Of a stretch of DNA of 64,000 nucleotides, positions 26,407 to 38,132 are shown in pieces; the stretch's first letter is position 1; the number at the start of each line of letters is the position of its first letter. The stretch lies in assembly GCF_018977255.1 (NCBI RefSeq), contig NW_024704752.1:8432001-8496000 (forward strand), read 5' to 3'. This DNA comes from Callorhinchus milii (taxonomy: Eukaryota). The position numbers and the translations under genes were made by a program. The notes below the pieces were generated by a model, which saw nothing but the letters and a program-made list of their open reading frames with translations, had not been told where the DNA came from and did no database searches.

Positions 26407-28060
26407 GGCCACTTTTAGGAGAGAGATTTTCATCACCAGGACCACATTTATAAAGAGCCTTCAGTCTCCTCTGTAGGTACACTTTGTGTGTTTACTGTCC
26501 CAAGTAAAATGAAGCAAAATAGACTGAGAAACTACCGGCTCTGTATTAAACCACTATATTAAATTAACAGATGGACTAGTGGTGGTGGATCAAAGCAATT
26601 CAGCTCAACATCTCTCCATTCGTCAGGAGAAGAACATTATGCAAGGCTCACCCACCCCACTGATCTCTGTGTACTGAAAGTGCAAGGGGGCAGACTTCGA
26701 GTACAAAAGCTTTGTGTTTGCCAGAGAATACTCAATTGTCACATAGCCTGTAATTGCAGATCCCTGGAAAACTGATATCTTAACAATAAGCCTCAGCTCC
26801 CACCATCTGTTACTGCTTTGCTGAGACCAAAGAGTGAAGGAGAGGAGGGAGCCTAATGAGGACTTCACCCAACACCCACACATCCAATGACTTAAGGAGA
26901 TTTATCCTATGACTGGGAACTCTCTAAGGAACTCTCTAAGGAACTCTGAGATCCCTTTCCAAAGGGGGAATCTCACGTGCAGTGTTCCTCTGTTCTCTCT
27001 ATTGGTAAGGCCATGATCCCAATGTGGAACTGAGCCACACACGACCAGGAAACTCGTAATGTAATATTTCTTGAATTTGATACAGATCGTTATCACATCG
27101 CTGAGAAGTCCCAAAGCTGAAATGCAGCCACTGTGTTTCTGTAGACAAACCAAACTGCTATTGCTAAACAACCTACTAAGTTTGATGACCTATTCTGCAG
27201 TGTTGTGGTTGTGGGCATTAAGTTAACCTGAGTGTCCCGGGGGTAGAGGAGGGGAAAAAAACAGCTAAGGTTTCCATCCCCGTCTCAACATTCCACCTGA
27301 TCTTATGCTTAAAATCATAGTCTTAAAATTGAAGAACGCCAGAAAATGTGGAACACTCTTCAGTCGCTCCCGAACTGCTTTCCCGCAGAACTGGAGGAAC
27401 AGTCGTTTCTCAATGAAGTCCTTTACACCACAACCCGAGCAAAGCCACAGTCCGACACGAGCAAAGTCTCACTGACATCAGAACAGAAATGATGTATTTC
27501 TGTTCATTCTGAATGTCGAGGGTTTGTTTGTTTGTCCCAACGCTGTACAATAAAAACACATCTGTCTATTCGGCTTAAACCGAGTTGCGAGTTCTCTCCG
27601 TGTGAATTAATCGCAGATCATTAAACTCATTCAAAAAGCTTTTCCAATCGGACTGAGAGCGTGAAATCAAACCTTCAGCCTTCGTTTCAAGTGGTTTGCA
27701 ATCGATGTCAGTGAATCAGGTCGATGCAGCTCCCACTGCCCGGGGCTTGCAAACCTGTCCGGGCGACTTGTGACCTGTGCCAGTCGCCCACATTGTGATC
27801 AGAGCAAACAGCAGCGGCCACTGATCCCCAGAAGGAGGCGAGTCCCGGGGCCGGACACCGGGTCACAGTTACACACAGATCCGCGCAGTCATTCATTCAT
27901 TCATTCATTCATTCATTCATTCATTCATTCATTCATCATTCATTCGACCATCCGGTGACTGATCAGCAGAGACGGCAGCAACTGATCAGCCTTCAGCTCC
28001 GGGACCCACCAGCAAAGGGCACACACCGCCCACACCCGCCCCTGACGGTGGATCACTTAC

Positions 28061-28171
28061 CCCGGGGGCCGGGCCGAGGCTGGAGAGGTGCGGGTCGGTG
28101 TGAGTCACAGTCGCACTCGCTGTGTGTGTGTCGGTCTCCAGTGCACAGTCCCCGCAGCGCCTCCTTATATA
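28061..28171 (-). promoter_or_regulatory. TATA box and non-coding exon 1 of ApoD-like copy B
   Basis: Reverse-complement match to the copy A element: TATATAA at 28171-28165 and donor GTAAGT at 28060-28055; exon 2 acceptor ends at 25307. Confidence 0.75.
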
Positions 28172-28231
28172 CCGGAGCCGCGCACACGCCATCAGAGCGA
28201 TCAAACAGCCACAGGTTGGACCTCAGCCCCG

Positions 28232-28684
28232 NNNNNNNNNNNNNNNNNNNNNNNNNNNNNNNNNNNNNNNNNNNNNNNNNNNNNNNNNNNNNNNNNNNNN
28301 NNNNNNNNNNNNNNNNNNNNNNNNNNNNNNNNNNNNNNNNNNNNNNNNNNNNNNNNNNNNNNNNNNNNNNNNNNNNNNNNNNNNNNNNNNNNNNNNNNNN
28401 NNNNNNNNNNNNNNNNNNNNNNNNNNNNNNNNNNNNNNNNNNNNNNNNNNNNNNNNNNNNNNNNNNNNNNNNNNNNNNNNNNNNNNNNNNNNNNNNNNNN
28501 NNNNNNNNNNNNNNNNNNNNNNNNNNNNNNNNNNNNNNNNNNNNNNNNNNNNNNNNNNNNNNNNNNNNNNNNNNNNNNNNNNNNNNNNNNNNNNNNNNNN
28601 NNNNNNNNNNNNNNNNNNNNNNNNNNNNNNNNNNNNNNNNNNNNNNNNNNNNNNNNNNNNNNNNNNNNNNNNNNNNNNNNNNNN
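28232..28684. other. Assembly gap
   Basis: N run at the equivalent position upstream of ApoD-B, bordered by (CTCA)n. Confidence 1.
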
Positions 28685-29902
28685 CTCACTCACACACACA
28701 CTCACTCACTCACTCACTCACTCAGTCAGTCAGCACTGTGCAGGCGCCCCCAGTGTAAGCTCTCCTGTCACTGACTCCCAAAGCTTCAGCTCTCGCCCCA
28801 ACCTCAACTTTATTTCTCTTTCATATCAAGAAAACTGTTCGGCTTCAGTTCAGCATTGATGTCCTTGTCTCTCAGTGCTGCGGGGAGGAGTGACATTGAA
28901 GCGGTGGCTCCTCAGCTCAGTCTCCCCTTGGCCTTGGAGTAAAGTGTTGTTATTCTATTTTAATAATCCACAACCTGGGAAGTCAAAGCGTGGCTTGAGG
29001 CTGTGTATTTTCTTCCAATCATGTGGGTACAATTCATGGGGACATTGAACTGGACAGATCGACTAAGATCAGCACATTTTCTGTTTTAATTGTATTTCTC
29101 CCTAACTATTTGATTGCCTTTTGTTTCTCCCTCAGTTGACTTTGTTCCCACCTCCTGACACCTCAGGTCGCCGCCTGGTTGAGGGACTTTGAGCAACTTG
29201 GTGCCAGCCCTGTGCCAGTGTCGCTATTTGAGCTGTTAGGTTTGGAGATGCCACCAAAGCACCCACCAATTCACCCTCGCTCTCTGTGGACAAGCGACCA
29301 GCCCTCTGGCTCGGATGGGGATGTACTGTGGTGGGATTATTCACCATTGCTCCATAGTCAGGCACTTGGAGCATAAATGAGCAGCTTCCTGCTATATATA
29401 GACTGAAAAACAAGAGGAGATTCAGCAAAACATAGCTGATGCTCCATAGCTCCAGCTGACACATAGGCACCAATGTACAGGGGGCGGAGATGTAGATATG
29501 TAAACAGTACATCTTTATCCAAGCCGCCTTTTAAAGTATTATTATCCCTCAACGCAACACTGAAAGAAAATGCACCACACACTTATACACAAGACCCTTT
29601 GATACAATGCTTTCTGATACACTCCACATCCTCTCTATAATTCTCTTATTGTGTCCACACCCTTTATTGTAACACTGCTATACACTACATCCCCTGTAAC
29701 ACAGATTTGCTCCAATACACCAAGACATCAGATTCATTATTAATCTCGCTCTGATTAAACCCCTCCCCGGCAAGATTAATACCGCTCCCCACTCAAGAAT
29801 GTGAGACATCAGAAGTTAAACAGTTTTGAGATTACTGACCCTGTGGGAATAGCTACACAGTTCAACAGCTTCAACTCATCCAAACATCCGCTGCTCTGCA
29901 CA

Positions 29903-30012
29903 CTCATCATCCCAATCCTCATCAAGCTTCCCATTATCCCAAACCTCATCAAGCTCCCCATCATCCCAATCCTCATCAGGCTCCCCATCATCCCAATCCT
30001 CATCAGGCTCCC
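29903..30012 (+). repeat. 27-bp minisatellite, about 4 copies
   Basis: Unit CTCATCAGGCTCCCCATCATCCCAATC, embedded in an L2 fragment. Confidence 0.9.
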
Positions 30013-30552
30013 TACTTTTCAATGGATCGATTTCAAGATCATAAAGTATGCCTACAAATCCAGCTGCACCCTAGCACCTCCTTATCTTTCCAATCTTGTG
30101 CTTTATTCCTCCTCTCGTGGTTGCCTCCTCTGCTCAGCTAACCGCGCGGGATTGCTGCGCATGCCCTGCCCTCTGCACCCCCATCGGTGCCCATATCTTC
30201 AGTTCTATTTCCCTAACCTCTGGAACTCCCTTGCTCTACCCCCTCTATCTAGCCCCCTCTCTTTCTGTCTTTAAGTCCCAGCTCAAAACCTTACCTCTTC
30301 AAACGTACCTATTGCCACCCATTCCCTCCCCTTTACTTGGCCTCTAACCCCGTTCTTGAAAAGCACCCTGAAACATTGGTGAAATGAGCTTCACCTCATG
30401 TTTATGGCTCATTTTTCTTCTCACCTGTCATTAACAGGCTTTGTTAACACTTCAGACAAATAGGAATATCGAGCTCCAGAGAGGACTGGTTTTTCCATCA
30501 CTGTACTCCTCAATGCTGCTTTTATATTCAACTTTCTCCTGTAGAACAGGTG

Positions 30553-30935
30553 TCAGCCTGGCTCTGTTGGTAGCACGCTCATCTTCAAGTCAAAGGTTGT
30601 GGGTTCAAGCCCCATATTGGGACTTTGAGCTCATGGCCCAAGCTGGCACTCCAATGTAGTGCTGGTGCAATACTGTATTGTTGGAGAAGTTTAACCAAGA
30701 TCCCTTCTGCCCCTGCAGATGAATATTGAAACACCCTATGCTATTATTTGACAAAGGAAGGCAGTTTCTCCTGCTGCCTGGCTAACAATCCCCTAATTTA
30801 AAAAGTATAGTCATTCACTGCATGACGGCTTATGTGACATTACTGTGTGCATATTGGCTGCCCTGTTCACCTCTTTGGAACCCTTTGAGATGTTTTGATG
30901 TGGTAATGCGCTCTATCAAATGCAAGTATTATTAT
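30553..30935 (+). mobile_element. Deu-domain (SacSINE1-like) SINE
   Basis: Aligns by eye with 58061-58460. Confidence 0.6.
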
Positions 30936-33900
30936 AGAACTTGAGAACCCAGCATTTCTTTTATTATGGTGTGGAGACTGATCAGTGTCACAATCACAAA
31001 ATCTGTATTCCACTCTGTCCTCACTGCCAGGTTCAGACACATTCTACTCTTTTAACTCCAGCTTTCTTTCTCCAGCTTATCCAAAAGTCGATACTTGTGC
31101 CCAGGCAGCCAGCACCCTCTGGTACTGCACTAAGATGTGAGCTGAGACAATGAGCATTGGTGGGCGGCAAGTGAGAACGTATAAGGGAGAGTCCACTCAG
31201 TTCCTCATCTCATCCCCATCAACCGTGGGAGGCTCTGAATGAAAGGGTCTCCCAGTAGAGAGGAGAGATAAAGTGGACAATGTTACCTGGGTTGTCTTTG
31301 GTGCCTCGTGGTCAAAGTAAGATTACCCTCTAATCACACCAGGTGGGCAAATAGGGGGTGAAATCAGAAATGTAAAGTGGGATCTTTCTTGAATGGTTAT
31401 ATCTCTTGTGATCTTATATTTTTACAGAATTTTTAGACAAACTGACTTCTGAAACCAACAGGCCAGTAGTTGATAAACTGAATTCCCTCAGGGCTATTTA
31501 ACTAAGATACAGAGGCGCAAAATGATTCTTATGTGACACGTATATAATAAACCCGAGAGAAGAGGAGGTTGACAGTAAACCTTTCTTTTAAAGGGGAACT
31601 CCATTCTCTTTATACAGTGCTCCAAGCTATTATCCTAGGTGAACCGTACTGTATAATTCATATTGGTGTTGATTTAATAACTTCTATTTAACACAAGGAA
31701 TATAATCCTAATCCTAACTAATGTATTGTGGAGCCTTTTCATCCACACAGCAATTAATTGTTTTCTATTCCTGAGAGCTGTCACTGAATAATGTGACACT
31801 GCATGGTCACCACATTGTGCTTGCTGTTAAGTAAAACAAAAATAAAGGAGTTTATACAGCATAAATATGCATTGAGACATCGAATAGAACTCCTACAGAG
31901 CCATGAGCATTACTCAGACTCATGAGAACTTGGCTGCGACTCAAAATTTCATCAAAGTGAGGCATCATTTATTCTGCCTCCCCCAAAAACATTTTAAACC
32001 CTTCAGCCTTTTCAATTCCATCGTTGGGGATTGAAAGTCTTGAATTAAGTTTGAGATTGACTCCTCCCCACTCATTGATTTACATTACAAAAATGCCATT
32101 GATCAATAACAATAATAATTTTTACATTTGATATTGCGCCTTTTGTGTCGGAGGCTGTTTCATAGTGCTTCACAGCATTTACTGTAACTGTGTATTTTGT
32201 AGGCAAACACTTTGATTTACAAGTCTCACTCAGAAGGGCCACAGGAAGTCTGGTGTGGGAGATGGAATGACTGAGGTTAAGATAGAAACACATTGTTGGA
32301 AAGTGTTTTACTTTCCTCACTGTGATCTGGCAGCATTGATGCTGATCCTGGATGCCTAAGATGGGACAGTGTTCTATTTCCAACAAATAATATTCCTCGT
32401 CCCGAGCTCAATAAGGGGTTATTTTCCCTTGCGGGTAAGGTCACTGAACTTGACGGTTAGAGCTTGCAATAGGAATTTTCGTTATAAATGGGAAGAATGA
32501 TTTTACTTCTGTACATAGTTTAAACCAGAATTTCTGGAGGCTTATGTGTCTATCTAAGTAGGTCCTGAGATAAATTTATTGACAATTGGAGGATCACCTC
32601 TCTTGAACCCTTTGTTTTCACGTAGAGGGTAGTGGGAATCTGGAATTTTCTTCCCCAAAAGGCTGTGGATGCTGGATCCATTCAAATTTTCAAGATTGAG
32701 GTTTATAGATTTTTATGAAGTCATGGTGTCAAGAGATATGGGGCAAAGGTGGGTAATTAGAGTTGAGGTACAGATCAGCCATATCTAACAGAATAGCGGA
32801 ACAGGCTCGCGGGTCTGAATGGCCTACTCCTGTTCCTACGACCCTTATGTAATTCACAGTGTGATCTGGAGACAAATGGCTGTCCCCACCTTTTTCCCAT
32901 GAGGTGCACGATTATCTCAGTGAGCCCTTTTGCAGCACTGATACACTGAAATTAGTAAGTTGGTTCTCTCTAAGGCCTCATTAAATGTATTAGTGTTGCA
33001 CCTGTCATATGCCCTCTCTGCCTGCCTGAACATGCTTATTGTTGCTGTAACGCATATTATGGATGCATTGAGTGGAGAATAACAGATGTCCATAAATGAG
33101 TTTTAAGGTTGTACTATACTCAGGAGGGTTGGATGACACCGCACTGATATAGCCTAGAGACTACTTGTGGCCCACCTGCTCTTCCCATGTGTCCCACCTT
33201 CGCTTCCCCTGTGACCCTCTAGATTTGCTTCTCCATGTGGTCTGTCCATCCGTGGGATATTGCCAGAGCTGTGTTGTTCTTTTCTTGTTCCCTCGTACCC
33301 TCCGCTCCACCATTGGAGGTCGCGCTTTCAGCCACTATGCTCCAAAACTGTGGAACACTCTCCCTCAATCCCTCTGCCTTGCCCCATCTCTCCCCTTTTT
33401 CAAGTCCCGCCTGAAAACCTTCCTTTTCGACCATGCTTGCCGTCACCTCCCCACCCCACTCCCACCATCTCAGAGTTAGGCTCCATCACTGTTAAGCACT
33501 CTGAGACACTACCATGTGAGGAGGGTGCTCTGTAAGTTCAAGTTGTTATTGATATTTTTGTTGTATGACCACAGATAAGTATTTAACTTTGTCAATAGTT
33601 CCCCCTGCTGGATACACTTTGAATTGTAAAATGCAGTACAACCTTAAGCATTTAGAATGACAAAGAATTACATTGAATGATTCAGCACAGAAACAGCCAT
33701 TGCTATCAATTTTAAAAAATGCAGGAAAGTGTCTTGAGCAAATGAAGGAACCCTCCAGAGGAAGTAGTTAACATTAGCAGTGAATGGAATAGAATTACAA
33801 GTGAACTACATATCCTCTGAATTCCTTGGTCAGATTAATGCAATCCTAAAGCAACCTTTTCCATACACTGATACAATACATCCTTCACTGTGTCATATAT

Positions 33901-34689
33901 CCTGAATATTGCAATACATAATGCACCATGAAAATATTTCTACAAAGCTCAAGTCAATCCAAAATTTAGCTCCTCTACTTGAAGAGGCTCTCTTCTTCAC
34001 CCTTATTCATGCTCCTGGATAGGACACACAAGTTTGTTTCTGTGATATCTGGAACCTTTTATCACCTCTACTCTCCAGTCTGTCTCCTTTTCATTCTAAT
34101 CTGTCTCTCACTCTCTGAACCACTGTCACTGTCCCTGCCAATTATTCTCATCTTTCTCTAGTTTATCAATTGTACCAATGCTTCAAAGAGCTAAACCAAC
34201 CTTCAAACTACCTTCTGTAATTCTCCAGATAAACTGATGATTCACTTTGTGACTGGTTGTGGACACTGCTGTGTGCAAATTAAATAATCCTTAATTATAA
34301 TAATCCTTGCATTTGATATAACACATTATCATGTCTTTGAGATGTCTCAAAGCACTTCAAGTAATATACTGTAAAGTGAATTGAATGTATATTTTGTGGG
34401 CGAAACATTTTGGCTATCTCGCTCATCCACAAATACATTTTTGGAGTAACTGTGACTACCTTTCAACTGATGTCACCACACTGTGACTATTACACTCTTT
34501 CAACACAATGTTGCATCAGACAGATTACACATTTATATTTGCCAACTTGAAAGGCATTTATTTGATAGATTTTGTACTTCTGATGCCATATCTTCACATA
34601 AGAACAGAAGGTTTTAACAGAAGAAACAGAAAGCAATTTTCTGAAGGTTCAAAAAGTTCTGGTGCTCTGTGCTAAATAGCTTTTACCCA

Positions 34690-34947
34690 GTTAATGATCA
34701 ATGATGCACAAAGTGCTCTTTGTGGACCTGTGCACTGTACCCAGTTCCAGCAATTGTGTAATTTCTCCTCTAACCACTCCAGTTCCAGTATTTCAATCGT
34801 AATTTATTTTACAGGAACTGACAGTTAGCTGTTGGTACTGGTTACAAGCTACTGTGAACCAATATAAATACCTTTCAACATCAGTTAGGTTTCAGAAAGT
34901 TGAAAGAACAAAGTTTGTTCAGAATCAGTTCCTCATGTAAGGTAAGA
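34690..34947 (+). promoter_or_regulatory. Candidate distal promoter and non-coding first exon of the LRG1-like gene
   Basis: HNF1-like GTTAATGATCAAT 34690-34702, TATAAATA 34863-34870, strong donor AG|GTAAGA at 34941/34942. Confidence 0.45.
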
Positions 34948-35365
34948 ATTTACTGTTACATACTGTCTGACAGACTATAATCCAATTCTGGATTGCTGTT
35001 TCTCACTCTGTCCGTTCTACATTCAGTGTTTGAGCCTTCAGCCTCTATACTCTCTGGCACTCTCACAAAATCCCTTTATCTTGTGCTTTCTGTTTTCAAA
35101 ACCCTGTTAAAAACCTGCCTCTTTGACTATGCCTTGATCCATATTTTAAACACCTCCTGTTCCTCCCCCCTGCTCAATGATGCCCACTGTCATTTGAAAC
35201 ATTTCAAGATAATCATTCTATGCAAAGGTAAATCTAAATGTAAGCTGTTGTTGACAATCAGACCACACTGCTACAATTTGAGTAACAGGCTGTATATACT
35301 GTTACAATTCGACTGTCAGGATATAAATATTGCTATAATCTGGTGCTAGACTGTATCTCCTGCTA

Positions 35366-36448
35366 ACAAAACAAAAAATACTGCAGATGCTGGAAATCTG
35401 AAAACAAAAACAGAAGTCGCTCGGAACACTCAGCAGGTCAGGCAGCATCTATGGAGAAAGGAAAGTGAGTCAACGTTTTGGGTCCACAACGCTTCATCAG
35501 AACTCGAGTCAACATTTTGGGTCCACGGCCCCTTCGTCAGAATTGGGTTCTGATGAAGGCTCATGGACCCATATGAACATAGGAATTAGGAGCAGGAGTA
35601 GGTTATTCGGCTCCTTGAGCCTGCCCCACCATTCAATAGGATCATGGCTGATCTTCTAACCTAACTCCGTCTGCCTGCCTTATCCCCATATCCATAAATC
35701 CCTCTATCCTTTAGAAATCTATCAATCTCAGTCTTGAATATATTCAAAGACTGAGCATCTATAGCCTTCCGGGTTAAAGAATTCCATAAATTTGCTAACC
35801 TCTGAATGAAGAAGTGTTTCCTCAACTCTGTTCGGAAAAGCTATCCCTTAATTTTAAGACTGTGACCCCTAGTTCTAGATTCTCCTACCAGGGGAAACAA
35901 TCTCACACTGTCTACTCTGTCAAGCCCCATAAGAATTTTATATGTTTCTTTAAGATCACCCCTAATTCTTCTATATTCTAGAGAATATAGGCCTAGTTTA
36001 CTCAACTTATCCTCACAAGCCACCCACTCTTCCCAGGAACTAACCTAGTGAATCGACATTGCACCCCCTCTAAGGCAGGTATGTCCTTAGGGAAATTTAC
36101 ATTAGCAAAGAATTGGTGCTAGGGAAATTGTTGGCATTAAAAAGTGACAAGTCCCCTGGACCTGATGGTTTGCATCCTAGGATTTTAAAAGAGGTAACTC
36201 ATGAGATAGTGGAGGCCTTGTGTCTGATCTTTCAAAATTCTTTGGATTCTGGAACGGTTCCCATTGATTGGAAGATCGCAAACATCACACACTATTTAAC
36301 AAGGGTGGGAGAGAAAAGATGGGGAACTATAGACCAGTTCGTCTGACATCGGTGGTCGGGAAAATTCTAGAATCCTTAATTAAGGATGTCTTTCTCCATA
36401 GATGCTGCCTGTCCTGCTGAGTGTTCCGAGCAACTTCTGTTTCTGTTT
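35366..36448. mobile_element. Palindromic Penelope-like insertion containing two oppositely oriented CR1 fragments, flanked by a 14-bp direct repeat
   Basis: Inverted arms at about 35400-35460 and 36390-36450; TGTATCTCCTGCTA at 35352-35365 and 36449-36462; CR1 peptides LGLYSLEYRRIRGDL..TRGHSLK (-) and KSPGPDGLHPRILKE..DWKIANIT (+). Confidence 0.75.
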
Positions 36449-37029
36449 TGTATCTCCTGCTACAATGTTATCAAGTTGTATATTCCAAAATGTGACTAAC
36501 AGCTCTGTGTATATATATATACTGCTACAATCTGACTGTTAGAATGTATGTATCACTACATTCTCACAGTTAAGGCTGTATTTGAATGTTACGCTGTATA
36601 TAGTGCCACAATCTATCATGGTGCTCATATAATCTGATACCAGCTAATAAATAATGCTCCAATCTGTCCCTTCAATTTCTATAGATTGCTACAAGCTAAG
36701 ACTGGGCTGTATACACGCCCTATAATCTGATGCCATCAAATGTACTGTTATGATTTGACTGCCAGGCTTCATATTTTGAAACAATCTGATGCCACCCTGT
36801 ATAATAAAAATAACAATCATAATCCTTGCATTTGATATAGCGCCATCACATCGTTGAGATAAGTTGCCAGAATTGTTGTTCTGCTACCAGTCTCTTCCGT
36901 CTGTAAAGTGTCCAGCAAGTGCATGGTACTGCTTAATATCAGAAAGTAATAGTTAAATCTCTGCCACAGGAATTTTCTTGCTCCACCGCTAAAGATACAA
37001 CAACATTCAGAAAAGAGTGGCCTGCAGGA

Positions 37030-37440
37030 TTTGGGAATTTTAATGTTAGTTGATCATTAAAACTGTCTGCCAGAATCTAGAAGAAGGAACAGAGATCTGG
37101 CTCAGCAGTGAAGGTCAAATTCAAATGTGGTTACTGACAAACAAAAGACACAGTCTCTCTAACCTCTGAGTGTAGTGGCTTTGCGCAACTCATAACCTGT
37201 GTGACCACAACACTTCAGCAATGACAAGGGCAAAGTATGATTCACCAGGTATAAATGGGCTGCTGTTTTTTAAAGGACTTACCAAAGCATTGTTTGTCTT
37301 TAAATGCAAAGTAGACTCGTCAGTACTCTTATCTGGTAAACATTACGCACCCACACCAGCAGGATTACCATTGGAGTAACGCACACAAAAACTGGCATCT
37401 TAGTCAGAGTCTAGTATCATCATCGAGATATTAGGTGACT
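37030..37440 (+). promoter_or_regulatory. Candidate proximal promoter/enhancer of the LRG1-like gene
   Basis: C/EBP palindrome TTGCGCAA 37181-37188, TATAAAT 37250-37256, HNF1-like GTTGATCATTAAA near 37049, donor AG|GTGACT at 37434/37435. Confidence 0.4.
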
Positions 37441-38132
37441 GATAACCCACTGCATATGGATCTGTTTTTTTTAATATATTCCTCATGTTTGCCTTCTGCA
37501 CTGCTCAGCTAATCAAGGGTCTCAGATGTTTTGCAAAATTGTAGTGTGGATTACTGACTGGAATCTAATTCAGATTTGGATAGTTTACACAGAAAATAAT
37601 AGATACCTGGCAGCAAGTTGTAGGGACAACTCTATTCAAGAAGATTGGATGGTTTATATTATAAAAATAAACAAGATACCTGCAGACTATGGTCTGATCC
37701 GGAGGTTTGGATGAGTTATGTACAAAATAATTTAGACTGAGTTACAGACTGAGTATTGAGATGGTTTGTATACAGAATAAGATATATCTGCTGCGTTGCA
37801 GGCTGTGTGATGGCATTGAACTCCATGTGTGATAAGGAACACTGGAGACAGGTCCCAAAATGAGGTTTCCTACACGTTTAAATATTTCTTTAAAAAACTC
37901 ACCAGAATTACAAAAGACATTTAAGTTTTATTATTAAATGGGGCTCTGATAGTGACACCCACTGTTTAAAGTTAGATATACAAGCTTAATCATTGCATTA
38001 ATGCAGTACCACTCACATCGGCAAGATGTCTAAAATTGCTTCACGGGTTTTACTGTAAAGTGTAGTAACTGAGTATTTTGTAGGCAAATAAATAGCATGT
38101 TTTTGCATGTTCTCCTCTGTTTTTAGGTCCAA

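Larger units (their letters stand above)
27118..29482 (-). repeat. Right arm of near-identical inverted duplication (partner 7860-10287)
   Basis: Differs from the left arm by a handful of substitutions and by (TTCA)n copy number at 27889-27944. Confidence 0.95.

Noticed and set aside
29801-30274. 157-aa ORF with LPIIPILI repeats
   Set aside because: A 27-bp minisatellite inside a decayed L2 fragment.
35265-36805. CRISPR-like or prokaryotic repeat-spacer interpretation of the degenerate arrays
   Set aside because: Units are decayed tandem copies without unique spacers, there are no cas genes, and the context is vertebrate.
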